Shown piece by piece: positions 30,839 through 40,426 of a stretch of DNA of 64,000 nt (the first letter of the stretch is position 1; every line of letters begins with the position of its first letter). Source of the stretch: Clostridiaceae bacterium (GTDB lineage Bacteria > Bacillota > Clostridia > Oscillospirales > QAMX01). The stretch is taken from NCBI GenBank assembly GCA_034926225.1, contig JAYFRF010000008.1:128132-192131 (forward strand), in the 5' to 3' direction. Both the position numbers and the translations under genes were made by a program. The notes under the pieces are model-generated. The model did not search any database and was not told the DNA's origin. It saw only the letters and a list, made by a program, of their open reading frames with translations.

Positions 30839-31690
30839 CTAAGAAATCCATTTATCGGGTGAAATCTCGGAAAAATCCCCCTCGCGGAAACCCGCGGCGG
30901 TCAGATATTTTTCCGCTTCCGTGCGGTGATCGGGATAATCCGGCGTATCGCTGTCCCTGCCGTGGCAGTCGGAGCCGTAGGTCATCGGGATTCCCTTTTC
31001 GAACATATACCGCAAAAATTCCGCGTATTGGCGGCGGAAAAACTCCGATAAACTCGGCGAGATCAGCATATTCACGTTACATTCGATGTATTTGCCATGC
31101 TCCAGGAGGTTTGCACCCAGTTCGTCGTGCATAGCGCGCGGTATGACAGAAAAATCGTCGTACCACGAGCGGTTGCAGGACCACGGATGCCCGAGAATCG
31201 TCACGCGCGGGTCGGCGGCGAGTGCCATCTGCTGCCTAAACCACTCGCGGATCTGTGCGTCGACGCCGTTGTCCACCGCCTTCACATCGGCCACGTCAGT
31301 GCGCCAGTGCGCTGCGCCGACGGCGTAGCGGATACCGAGCGTTCGCATCTCGTTAAGCGTCAGCGCAAGCTCGATGCCATACGGCGTATCCTGCGGCACG
31401 GGGACATACCCCTCACGCGTGCCAGTACGGGCGATATAGTCGTATTCCGGCGACGCTATCGGCGTAAACTCCACGCCGAGGATCATCTCCGGAACGCTTT
31501 CGGCCGCCGCGCGGTAGTTTGCGGCCGATCGGCGGATGTTTTCCATGAATTTAGCATCGTTGAAGTTTGCGTGATCGGTCGTTCCGAAGCCGCGCAAGCC
31601 CTGCTCCCGCGCGCGTTTGATCAGCGTGTTAAGCGGGAGCTTTGCGTCGTAGGAAGCGTCGGTATGGATATGCCAGTCGGAGTGAATCAC
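30839..31690 (-). CDS. PHP-domain (histidinol-phosphatase-like) metal-dependent phosphoesterase
   Basis: SDWHIHTDASYD (HxH), TTDHANF, GAAH, ILGHPW and YGSDCHG blocks match the PHP-family metal ligands. Its GTG start overlaps the stop of paralog 2 (GTGA). Confidence 0.75.
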   Translation of the reverse strand: MIHSDWHIHTDASYDAKLPLNTLIKRAREQGLRGFGTTDHANFNDAKFMENIRRSAANYRAAAESVPEMILGVEFTPIASPEYDYIARTGTREGYVPVPQDTPYGIELALTLNEMRTLGIRYAVGAAHWRTDVADVKAVDNGVDAQIREWFRQQMALAADPRVTILGHPWSCNRSWYDDFSVIPRAMHDELGANLLEHGKYIECNVNMLISPSLSEFFRRQYAEFLRYMFEKGIPMTYGSDCHGRDSDTPDYPDHRTEAEKYLTAAGFREGDFSEISPDKWIS

Positions 31691-33840
31691 TTTCCCATCG
31701 CCTCCGTATTCAAAAGATGCACGCAGGCCATCCGGTCGGCGTTGCCCACGGCAAGTATCTTCTCATCGGGGGACAACGCGACGGAGGTCAGCACATTGGC
31801 CTGCGTCGTACCGTAAAAGCCATGCGAATTATAGCTGATGATGCCAAGCTCGCGGATCCCGTGGCGGTCGTCGTAGCGGAACAGATATCCCATCCCCTCG
31901 AGGTCGCCCGCGACGCCATAAAGCACGGTTTTCGCCGCGTTTGCCGTCAGGCAGCGCACGGGGCCATTGGGCGCGCAGGTGCCGAGGTTAAAGACATGCC
32001 CGTCCGGGTACACGACCGCGAGGAGTCCGTCGCGCGTGCCGGCGATCGTGCGGCCCTGCGACCACGCGGCTGTCGCGGAGGCAATCGCGCGGTAGCGGCG
32101 TCCGGTGACTTCCGGCAGCTTGACGGTGTCGTCGAGGGTCACAGGCCAGGGCTCTACATGCGTACGGAGCCAATCGCGGTATTCGTCTTTCACAAGCCCC
32201 ATATCGAGTCTGCCGCAGATGTCGCGTCCGCGTAAGGTGAAAACGTATTTCGCATGTTCAAAATCCGATGGAACTCCTACCGCTCCGCCATCGCCCGTCA
32301 CGACGTGGAGGATACCGTCTTCATCGTAAGCCATGCCGACGACGGACGCGTCCTCGATGTGCGCGGACGGCACCTTTTCGAAGATGCGCACGGGATAGCA
32401 GTCGGCGTCCGGCACCGGCTGGAACGGATTCGACGCCGTGACCTCTTCGCCGACGAATTTTTTCAGGCGTTCGTCGCGCTTTTGTTTTTCCTCATCGGTG
32501 AGCTCGCGCCGGCGCAGTGCCTCGTCCTCCGAGATCGGCCCCGGCTCGTACATATGGGGCTTGTAGGCTTTCATATCGATCGCGATCACGTCCGGACCGT
32601 CCGCGCCGAAGCCGCGTCCGACGTTGCAGCAATAGAGAATGTCGTTTGCGTGATCGTACTCCATCTCACAGGTCAGGCGCTGGACGTTGCGGGGAGTACC
32701 GATGATGCCCAGGACCTCGGGCTGACGCCCCGCGTCGATGTCCCAGCGGCAGAGATAGCAGGGAATCGTATACGTAAAGTCGGAGGCGTTCTTGATCTGC
32801 CAGCCGCGCATGGCATACCACAGCACGCCCTCGCCGTCGATTGCGAAGGTATAGGTCGCGTAGCAGCTTTCCTTGTTCGGCAGCTCGACGATACCGTCCT
32901 CAGGCAACATCCGTCCGGCGCAGGTGACCTCTCCCGTTGCGTAGTCATAGCGCCAGAGGTGATCGGTGCAGGGCGCGAGCATATACAAAAACTTCCCCGA
33001 CGGGTGGCTCCGCGCAAGGCTCATCCAGCGGTACCAGGTATTGTTGATGTAGTTGTCCGGGTAATCCGGCACGCGGAAGTTTAAACTTTCAAGCTTATTT
33101 TCAGCGGTATTGACGCGGAAGAAATACCCCGCCTTGGAGCCGCCGTAGATGTTGCCGTCACCGCCGCGCGAGAGACGGTAGGAGCAGAACTCCATCCCGC
33201 GTCCGAGATCGACGATTTCTCTCGTATGAAGGTCATACGAATACACATGGCCGCGCATGAAGCCGACCATATACAGACGGTTGTGAACAGGGTCATACTC
33301 TGCGCCGTAGATCGATTCGCGCGGAACGGGGGTACCGAGGCTCCACGCATGCCCCGATTTTGGGTCGTAAACGAGAATCTGGGAGCCGGGGTATCCCTCC
33401 CACAAGTCGGGCTGGTGGGCAAACGGCATCCATTCGGTATGATGGCGCGAGCGGTCGGTGGAGTGGGTCGTCGCAATGACGAGGTAGTCTTCGGGATTTG
33501 ACAGATCGCCGTCAAATGAGCCGCGCGGGATGAAATCAATAGAGGTATGCAGCTTCGAGTGCGGCAGCTCCCGCTCACGCGGCATCACGATGTCGGCGGC
33601 GTAAAAGCACTCGACGAACTTGTTTTCGGCACGGTCATAGCGCATCAGACGGGCATGGTCGCATTTGCCGCCTTCGGAGGAATCGGTGAAGTAAAACACG
33701 CCGTCGGGGGAGAGAGCGCCGTCCCAGTTGCAATTGTAGTTTTCATATCCTGTTTCGGGAGGATACGCCTGCTGTACGCCGGTTTGATTGATCAGGCGGA
33801 AAGAATCGTCGGAAAAACGTTCAAAAACATACTTTTTCAT
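31687..33840 (-). CDS. Uncharacterised beta-propeller-like protein, paralog 2 of 4
   Basis: 717 aa with the same conserved blocks as paralog 1. Its start overlaps the stop of paralog 3 by 4 nt (ATGA), with a GAGGAG SD inside the upstream gene. Confidence 0.85.
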   Translation of the reverse strand: MKKYVFERFSDDSFRLINQTGVQQAYPPETGYENYNCNWDGALSPDGVFYFTDSSEGGKCDHARLMRYDRAENKFVECFYAADIVMPRERELPHSKLHTSIDFIPRGSFDGDLSNPEDYLVIATTHSTDRSRHHTEWMPFAHQPDLWEGYPGSQILVYDPKSGHAWSLGTPVPRESIYGAEYDPVHNRLYMVGFMRGHVYSYDLHTREIVDLGRGMEFCSYRLSRGGDGNIYGGSKAGYFFRVNTAENKLESLNFRVPDYPDNYINNTWYRWMSLARSHPSGKFLYMLAPCTDHLWRYDYATGEVTCAGRMLPEDGIVELPNKESCYATYTFAIDGEGVLWYAMRGWQIKNASDFTYTIPCYLCRWDIDAGRQPEVLGIIGTPRNVQRLTCEMEYDHANDILYCCNVGRGFGADGPDVIAIDMKAYKPHMYEPGPISEDEALRRRELTDEEKQKRDERLKKFVGEEVTASNPFQPVPDADCYPVRIFEKVPSAHIEDASVVGMAYDEDGILHVVTGDGGAVGVPSDFEHAKYVFTLRGRDICGRLDMGLVKDEYRDWLRTHVEPWPVTLDDTVKLPEVTGRRYRAIASATAAWSQGRTIAGTRDGLLAVVYPDGHVFNLGTCAPNGPVRCLTANAAKTVLYGVAGDLEGMGYLFRYDDRHGIRELGIISYNSHGFYGTTQANVLTSVALSPDEKILAVGNADRMACVHLLNTEAMGK

Positions 33841-36011
33841 ATCGTTTTCTCCTCTTGCTTCAGATCGATCACATGTACGGTGCCGAGTCTGTCTGCGCCG
33901 CCGATCGCGAGAGTATGCTCGTCCGGCGACAGCGCGACGCTCGAGAGAATATTCGACGCGGAAGGACGGTAGAAGCCGATGGAGTCGTAGTTGAGCATGC
34001 CGAGCTGCCGCAGGCCGTTTCGGTCATCGTAGGAGAACACATACCCCATGTCGAGCTTGTCTCCCGCGACGCCCCAAAGCTTCGTCTTCGCGGCGTTCGT
34101 GACCATACAGCGCACCGGACCGTACGCCGCCGCGCCTCCGAGGGAAAAGACCTCGCCTGCCTCGTCGATCACGGCAAGCTGGGCGTCGCGCGTGCCGACG
34201 ATGGTACGACCGCCGTTCCACTCCGCCGTCGCCGTCGCGTGGGCGCGATAGCGGCGTCCCGTGACCTCCGGCAGCCGGATATTCTCATCAAAGCACACCG
34301 GCTGCGGCAGGATATGCGTGCGCAGCCACTCGCGGTAGGCTTCCTTGATCGTACCGAAGTCCGCGCGGGACTCGATCTCGCGGTAACGGATACGGAAAAC
34401 GTACTTTGCTTCGTCAAACCGATCCGTCTCGCCGGTGACGACGTGCAGAATGCCGTCTTCGCCGTAGCACATGCCGATGACCTCCGAATCCTCTGGACGC
34501 AGCACGGCGTTCCACAAACGGACGGGATACGCGTCGCGGTTTGGAAACGCGACAAAGGGGTTTGATTCCGTGACCTGTTCGCCCGCGCCGACCTTCCGAC
34601 GCGCTTCCTCGCGTGCCATTTCCTCGGGGCTTGCGTGTCTCGGATAGATGCGCGGCTCTTCGGTATACGGGCCCTGTCGCTGCGCGACGGGCAATGCGTT
34701 CTGACACTGCCACCCTTGCGAAACCGCGCCGCTCGACCCAAGCTGCCTCCGAAACTCCGGCAGGTCGATGCAGAGTACGCAGGGGCCCTTATGCCCAAAT
34801 CCCGTACCGTGGTCAACGGTATAGATTCGGTCGGTCGCGGGGTCGTATTCCATTTCGACCGTGATGCCGTGGACACGCTCCGGCGTTCCCATCACGCCGA
34901 TGTATTCCGGCGCCTTACCGTTTTCGATATCCCAACGCATGAGCTTCGAATAGTAGGGGTTTAACCGTACATCCGTCGTATATTTATGCAGCGATATACG
35001 CAGTTCGTACCAGATCACGCCGTACTTATCCACCGCGAACGATCCGCAGCTGTAGTCCACCGCCGCGAAATCGACGGGGAACAAGCCCTCGCCCGGCACC
35101 AGTCGGCCGGCTGTCGTAAACTCGCCGGTTTCGAAGTCATATTGGTACAGTTCCCAACCGGAGCTGTTCGTTAAGTACATGAACTTCCCCGACGGATGCA
35201 TTCGCGCGCAGGTCAGGTAACGGTAATGCGTGTTGTTCGACAGCGCCCCCGGATAGTACGGCACCTGACGGTGCAGATCCTCAAGGATGTTCTTTTCGGT
35301 ATTGATGCGGTAATACTCGCCGGACTTTGTGCAGGAGTAAATATTGCCGTCTGAGGCGAGCGAGAGACGGTAGTTAAAGACCTCCGCGGCCTTGCCCAAG
35401 TCCTCCACCTTCCGCGTTTTGCAGTCCATGCTGTAGACATGCCCGCGCATGAAGCCGATCATATAGAGCCGGTCGTGCGCGGGATCATACTTCGCGCCGT
35501 AAATCGTTTCACGCGGCACGGGCGTCCCCCAGCTTTCGGCGTGTCCAGTATCGGGATCGAACATGAGAATTTGCGAGCCGGGGAAGCCCTCCCAGATATC
35601 CGCGTGATGCGCGAAGGGCATCCATTCGGTATGTTGCGGCGCGCGGTCGGTGTTGTGAGTAACACCGAGGACGGTATAGCCGCAGCCGCCGGTCTTCGGG
35701 CGAAAGTTGATCGACGTATGGAATTTTGAATGCGGAAGCTGGCGCTTCTGCGGCATCACGACGTTGCCCATGTAGACGCATTCTTCGACGGCGTTCTTAT
35801 TGTAGTTATAGCGCACAAGCTTTGCGTGGTCGCATTTTCCGGCTTCGGAGGAGAGCGTATAGTAGAAGACGCCGTCGGGGGAAAGCGCGCCGTCCCAGCA
35901 GGTGTTGAAGTTGCCGTTGCCTTCCTCATCGGGTTCGACCGCGCGGACGCCGGCCTGTGGTATCAGATGATAATAATCCGGATCGTCATAGGATTTGAAA
36001 AGATAAGCCAT
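33837..36011 (-). CDS. Uncharacterised beta-propeller-like protein, paralog 3 of 4
   Basis: 724 aa with the same blocks. It has a longer and different central linker (…SSGAVSQGWQCQNALPVAQRQGPYTEEPRIYPRHASPEEMAREEARRK…). AGGAGG SD. Confidence 0.85.
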   Translation of the reverse strand: MAYLFKSYDDPDYYHLIPQAGVRAVEPDEEGNGNFNTCWDGALSPDGVFYYTLSSEAGKCDHAKLVRYNYNKNAVEECVYMGNVVMPQKRQLPHSKFHTSINFRPKTGGCGYTVLGVTHNTDRAPQHTEWMPFAHHADIWEGFPGSQILMFDPDTGHAESWGTPVPRETIYGAKYDPAHDRLYMIGFMRGHVYSMDCKTRKVEDLGKAAEVFNYRLSLASDGNIYSCTKSGEYYRINTEKNILEDLHRQVPYYPGALSNNTHYRYLTCARMHPSGKFMYLTNSSGWELYQYDFETGEFTTAGRLVPGEGLFPVDFAAVDYSCGSFAVDKYGVIWYELRISLHKYTTDVRLNPYYSKLMRWDIENGKAPEYIGVMGTPERVHGITVEMEYDPATDRIYTVDHGTGFGHKGPCVLCIDLPEFRRQLGSSGAVSQGWQCQNALPVAQRQGPYTEEPRIYPRHASPEEMAREEARRKVGAGEQVTESNPFVAFPNRDAYPVRLWNAVLRPEDSEVIGMCYGEDGILHVVTGETDRFDEAKYVFRIRYREIESRADFGTIKEAYREWLRTHILPQPVCFDENIRLPEVTGRRYRAHATATAEWNGGRTIVGTRDAQLAVIDEAGEVFSLGGAAAYGPVRCMVTNAAKTKLWGVAGDKLDMGYVFSYDDRNGLRQLGMLNYDSIGFYRPSASNILSSVALSPDEHTLAIGGADRLGTVHVIDLKQEEKTI

Positions 36012-36029
36012 GGTTAGACCCTCCTTATT

Positions 36030-38216
36030 TCATTGACCTTCGGCGAGGTATACGGACACACGGCTCTGTATCAACGCCGCTGTTTCCTCGCATGTCCTCA
36101 CGCCGGCGTAGTAAGCCGGCAGCTCGTCGTAGATGATGTCCAGAATCGTATTGTCGCGGTAATCTCCGTAGCGGATACTGCGTACCAGCGCGTCAAACGT
36201 GGTGATGATTTCCGGCGTTGCGGCATAGATGTAATGGTAAGTATTATCCCTTGTGTAGCGTGTGCGCGCCTGTTCGACCCGTACACCGTCCACGATGTTA
36301 TAATAATTGACCTGCGCCTCCGCCAGCATATCGGCATACGGCTTCTCCCACGCCGGGATATAATGGTATCGGTGGATGCCGTTGTCGCTTCCGAGTACCT
36401 GAAAGTAGCTTTCGTCGTCGGTTATTAGGAAATGCAGGAATGCCCACGCGGCATCCGGTCTTTCACAGGCAGTCGTAATGCCGTACAGCTCCATCACCTG
36501 CGCGATCGTTCCGACGCCGTCCTCCGACGGATAGCCGGTGACCGTCAGACCGCCATCGAGCGTCTGGCAACTGATCTGATAGCTGTCCACGCTGGAATAC
36601 GCTTCCATTTTCAGCAATGCCCGGCCGTCGAGCAGTCTGTCGACCGCCGACTCCTCCAAGTCCTCGATGGTCTCCGGGAAGCGTGCGCAAAGCTCTAATA
36701 TCTTATAAAATCCTTCGTTTTCAAAATCACACACGCCGTTTTCATAGTCAACAAAGGCTGCTTGTACAGTAAAGGCAAAAAAATCAAAGGCTTTTGCACG
36801 CGGGATGTTTGCCACCGGCTGGATGACTCCCGGGTTCTCATCCAGCAACATGGCAAACTCCTCCACGCGCAGTCCATCGTCGGCGCGGTTTCCCACAACT
36901 TCCGGCAGCGCGCTCATTGTTGAAATAAGAAAGCGCGGCGAAATCCCCGCCAGCTTGTCCTTGTATTCCCACAGCACACGAATGTTGGGTAAAATGCCGC
37001 CCAGCTCCGTGTCGCCGTCGACATACGCGGACAAATCCAGCAACAGCCCTTTATCCATGTAGCTTTTATACGGCAAATACCGCAGCTCGAGCATATCGGG
37101 ACATTTCCCCGCGATCATATCGAGATGCAGCCGATCCTCCCCTTCCCGCCAGCCGTCGTCCGTGTTATAGACGGAATAATCCGCGAGTTCCACGCGATAG
37201 TCCGCGCTTTGCATGTTAAAACGGAGAATCGCCGCCTTTAAGTCCCGGTTGTTCCCCGTAACGCCGATGGTCAGCACCGTTTTACGCTCCTCCGCCGTTG
37301 CCCGACGCAGAATCCGCAGCGAAAGTGTTCCCCCGTCGTTATAGGCATAGCAAAGCGTCGGCTCGCCGCCGGAAAGCCCCGATGCAAGAGCGGTGATCTC
37401 CTCGGCGATCGCGTCCGCGTCGGAGAAGGCAAAAAGCCGGGTGACGGAGGCGTCGGAGAGCGTAAAACCCGCTGCATCCGACCCGTAGAGATAAAGATCA
37501 TACACGCTGTCACCCGGTGCGAGACGGGTATACCCCGTAGAATAGGTCTGCGAAAAGCCGTTTCGGGTATCCGCATCGCAGATGCACATAACCGCGCCGT
37601 CCGGACGCGCGACCGCTGCCGCCGCACGTCCGTCGGAGAGCCTTGCAAGCGCTGTCACACCAGTCACAGCCACGGATAAGCGCCGTTTTCCATCCGCGCC
37701 GTACGCCGCCAGTCTTCCTCCCGCGTATAGCCAGGCTGTCCCCTCACCGTCCTGCACCGCCACGGGATTGGTGAACGCTTCACCGTTTTCACCATACAGT
37801 TCGGTGACGTCTGCGCGGGCAAGCTCTGTTCCCGTATTATCCAGCCGGACGAGTGTGTGCGACACGTAGGAGCTGTTCCGGCGAACGCTCTCCACGAGCC
37901 ACAGCGGTTCGCCGTCTTTTCCCGGCAGCAGAAGCGTCGGATGCGCATCCCCCGAAATCTCATACGGGAAACGCGTAGAATTTCCCTCCGCGTCGACGAA
38001 ATAGGTACCCAAAACGCCGTCCTTTGCGGTGATCATCCACAGCTGCCCGTCGCCTGTCGGCATCGTATTGGAGATAAAAGTCAGCGGTGTTTCGAGCGTA
38101 TCCGAACGATACGCGAGCGCGGCGTCAAGCCTGGCGACCGCCGTCTGGGACGGGGCGGCCGCGCAGGCGCATAGCAGCAAAAGCGATACGATCAGCCATA
38201 AAAGTCTGCGCGGCAT
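36030..38216 (-). CDS. Lipoprotein: N-terminal beta-rich domain of unknown function fused to an extracellular solute-binding (ABC family-1-like) domain
   Basis: Signal peptide/lipobox MPRRLLWLIVSLLLLCAC. The C-terminal ~420 aa look like a sugar-type SBP (TIGVTGNNRDLKAAILRFN...YRVELADY...KCPDMLEL...). The ATG at 38216 has a GGGAGG SD. The track start at 38237 is a TTG. Confidence 0.7.
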   Translation of the reverse strand: MPRRLLWLIVSLLLLCACAAAPSQTAVARLDAALAYRSDTLETPLTFISNTMPTGDGQLWMITAKDGVLGTYFVDAEGNSTRFPYEISGDAHPTLLLPGKDGEPLWLVESVRRNSSYVSHTLVRLDNTGTELARADVTELYGENGEAFTNPVAVQDGEGTAWLYAGGRLAAYGADGKRRLSVAVTGVTALARLSDGRAAAAVARPDGAVMCICDADTRNGFSQTYSTGYTRLAPGDSVYDLYLYGSDAAGFTLSDASVTRLFAFSDADAIAEEITALASGLSGGEPTLCYAYNDGGTLSLRILRRATAEERKTVLTIGVTGNNRDLKAAILRFNMQSADYRVELADYSVYNTDDGWREGEDRLHLDMIAGKCPDMLELRYLPYKSYMDKGLLLDLSAYVDGDTELGGILPNIRVLWEYKDKLAGISPRFLISTMSALPEVVGNRADDGLRVEEFAMLLDENPGVIQPVANIPRAKAFDFFAFTVQAAFVDYENGVCDFENEGFYKILELCARFPETIEDLEESAVDRLLDGRALLKMEAYSSVDSYQISCQTLDGGLTVTGYPSEDGVGTIAQVMELYGITTACERPDAAWAFLHFLITDDESYFQVLGSDNGIHRYHYIPAWEKPYADMLAEAQVNYYNIVDGVRVEQARTRYTRDNTYHYIYAATPEIITTFDALVRSIRYGDYRDNTILDIIYDELPAYYAGVRTCEETAALIQSRVSVYLAEGQ

Positions 38217-38239
38217 AAGAAGCCCCTCCCTATTCAATT

Positions 38240-40384
38240 TTACAGTGTGATGATATGCACGGTTCCAATCCTGTCCGCGCCGCCGATAGCGAGAACCTTG
38301 CCGTCCGGGGACAGCGCGATGCTCGACAGCACGTTCGACGCCGTCGGGCCGTCAAAATAGCCGTGCGAGTTGTAGTTGAGGATGCCGAGCTGGCGCAAGC
38401 CCTCCTCGTCGTCGTAGGCAAAGACGTAGCCCATGTCCTCGTCGTCGCCCGCGACGCCCCAAAGCTTTGTTTTGGCGGCATCGGTGACCATGCAGCGGAT
38501 CGGCCCGTACGCAGCGGCACTGCCGAGGCTGTAGACCTTGCCGTCAGGCTTTACGATGGCCAGCATCGCGTCCAGCGTGCCGACGATTTTCCGTCCGCCG
38601 TTCCAGTCCGCGACGGCGCTCGCCTTCGCACGGTAGCGGCGTCCGGTCGCCTCCGGCAGCTTGATCGACTCGTCGAACATCACCGGCTGCGGCAGTATAT
38701 TTGCGCGGAGCCATGCGCGGTACTCGTCATGGATGTACGCCATCTCGCGCACGCCCTCGACCTTGCCGCGTACGATGCGCATGACATACTTCGCGTTGTC
38801 GAAGGTATCGCCCTTCCCGCAGACGACATGCAGTACGGTATCCTCGCCGGTTTTATCCGGTTCAAAGGCCATGCCAACGACCTTCGATTCCCCGACATCG
38901 AGGCGCGGCAGACTGCGCCAGATACGTACGGGGGTCACCTTTGCCGGCGGGAACGCCTGGTAGGGGTTATGCTCGGTGACCTCCTCGCCGATCTTTTTGG
39001 CGGCCTTCGCACGGCGCTCCGAAAGCTCCTCGGGCGTCAGCTTGCGCGGTATAAGGACCGCGTCGTCGGAGACGGGGCCGCGCTCGCGATACACGGGGCG
39101 GAATGCGGACAGGTCTATGGCCGTGACGCCGGGGCCGTCGGCGGCGAAGCCGCGTCCGACGTTCGCGCAATAGAGAATATCGCGTTCGGGGTCGTATTCC
39201 ATTTCGGTCACGCTGTTCTCGACGCGGTGCTCGGTGCCGATGATGCCGCAGCAGTACGGCTCCTCGCCGTTTTCGACATCCCAGCGCAGCAGATAGCAGG
39301 GACGCGGGTCTGTATATTCCGTATCGTTGTGGATGCTCCAGTGATGGACGCAGAACCAGATTACGCCGTCTTTGTCGAGGACGAAACTATGCGGATTCCA
39401 GCTTCCGTCGGCGGCCGGCAGCTCGTAAAGGCCGTCACCGGGCATAATCTTACCCGCTCGATAAACCTCGCCCGTGGCAAAATCCAGCTTGTACATGTAC
39501 GGTGCGACGGCGAACATCATATACATGAACTTCCCCGAAGGATGGTTGCGCGCATTCTCCATATAGCGGTACCAGGTGTTGTTTACATAATTATTCTCAT
39601 ACTCCGGTACACGGAAGTTCATATGCTCGAGTTCGTTCTTCTCGGTATCGATGCGGAAGAGCTGTCCGGCCTTCGTACAGCCATAGATATTGCCGTCTGC
39701 GCCGAGCTTTAAGCGGTAGCAGTAAAGCTCCGCGACCTTGCCGAGGTCCTTCGTCACGCGGCGGGAAGCCACGTCGAAGCAGTAGACATGTCCGCGCATA
39801 AAGCCGATCATATATAAACGGTTATGTACGGGGTCATACTTGGAGCCGTAGATCGATTCATGCGTCACAGGGGTGCCAAGCGACTGGGCATGTCCGGTCT
39901 TCGGGTCATAGACGAGAATCTGTGAGCCGGGGAACCCTTCCCAGACGTGGTTATGGTGCCCAAACGGCATCCACTCGACGTGCTGCCTCGCACGATCCGT
40001 CGAGTGCGTCGTCGCAATGACGAGGTAATCTTTAGGGTCGTCGGGCGCTTCAGGATAGAAGGCGTGTCTGGGCATGAAATTGATCGACGTATGGAGCTTA
40101 GAGTGCGGGAGCTGCCGATCCTGCGGCAGGACGAGCGAACCGGCGTAAAAACACTCAATGATGCGGTTTTCATCGAAATCGTAGCGGACGAGCTTCGCGT
40201 GATCGCATTTTCCGGCTTCGGAGGACAGTGTATAGTAAAAAGTTCCGTCGGGTGCCAAAGCACCGTCCCAGCAGGCGTTGAAGTTTTCGTTTCCTTCCGC
40301 CTGAGGCGCCGCCTGACGGACACCGGTCTGGTTGATGACGCGGTGCGCTTCGTCGGAAAAGCGGTCAAATACGTAGTTTTTCAT
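38240..40384 (-). CDS. Uncharacterised beta-propeller-like protein, paralog 4 of 4 (first gene of the operon)
   Basis: 714 aa starting at MKNYVFDRFSDEA, which aligns with the N-termini of the other three paralogs. AAAGGAGGCTAACCATG SD context. The track start at 40543 would run through the promoter and into the upstream gene. Confidence 0.85.
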   Translation of the reverse strand: MKNYVFDRFSDEAHRVINQTGVRQAAPQAEGNENFNACWDGALAPDGTFYYTLSSEAGKCDHAKLVRYDFDENRIIECFYAGSLVLPQDRQLPHSKLHTSINFMPRHAFYPEAPDDPKDYLVIATTHSTDRARQHVEWMPFGHHNHVWEGFPGSQILVYDPKTGHAQSLGTPVTHESIYGSKYDPVHNRLYMIGFMRGHVYCFDVASRRVTKDLGKVAELYCYRLKLGADGNIYGCTKAGQLFRIDTEKNELEHMNFRVPEYENNYVNNTWYRYMENARNHPSGKFMYMMFAVAPYMYKLDFATGEVYRAGKIMPGDGLYELPAADGSWNPHSFVLDKDGVIWFCVHHWSIHNDTEYTDPRPCYLLRWDVENGEEPYCCGIIGTEHRVENSVTEMEYDPERDILYCANVGRGFAADGPGVTAIDLSAFRPVYRERGPVSDDAVLIPRKLTPEELSERRAKAAKKIGEEVTEHNPYQAFPPAKVTPVRIWRSLPRLDVGESKVVGMAFEPDKTGEDTVLHVVCGKGDTFDNAKYVMRIVRGKVEGVREMAYIHDEYRAWLRANILPQPVMFDESIKLPEATGRRYRAKASAVADWNGGRKIVGTLDAMLAIVKPDGKVYSLGSAAAYGPIRCMVTDAAKTKLWGVAGDDEDMGYVFAYDDEEGLRQLGILNYNSHGYFDGPTASNVLSSIALSPDGKVLAIGGADRIGTVHIITL

Positions 40385-40426
40385 GGTTAGCCTCCTTTGT
40401 TTGATTGGAATTCCCGCACATCGTGG

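Noticed and set aside
38255-39712. A 485-aa plus-strand ORF, and similar long ORFs at 29968..30834, 31097..31816, 32254..33084, 33855..34565 and 39947..40390, all opposite the paralog genes
   Set aside because: They lie antisense to strongly supported, mutually homologous minus-strand genes. They have Arg/Ala/Gly/Val-rich shadow composition typical of high-GC antisense frames, no SD sequences and no recognisable motifs.
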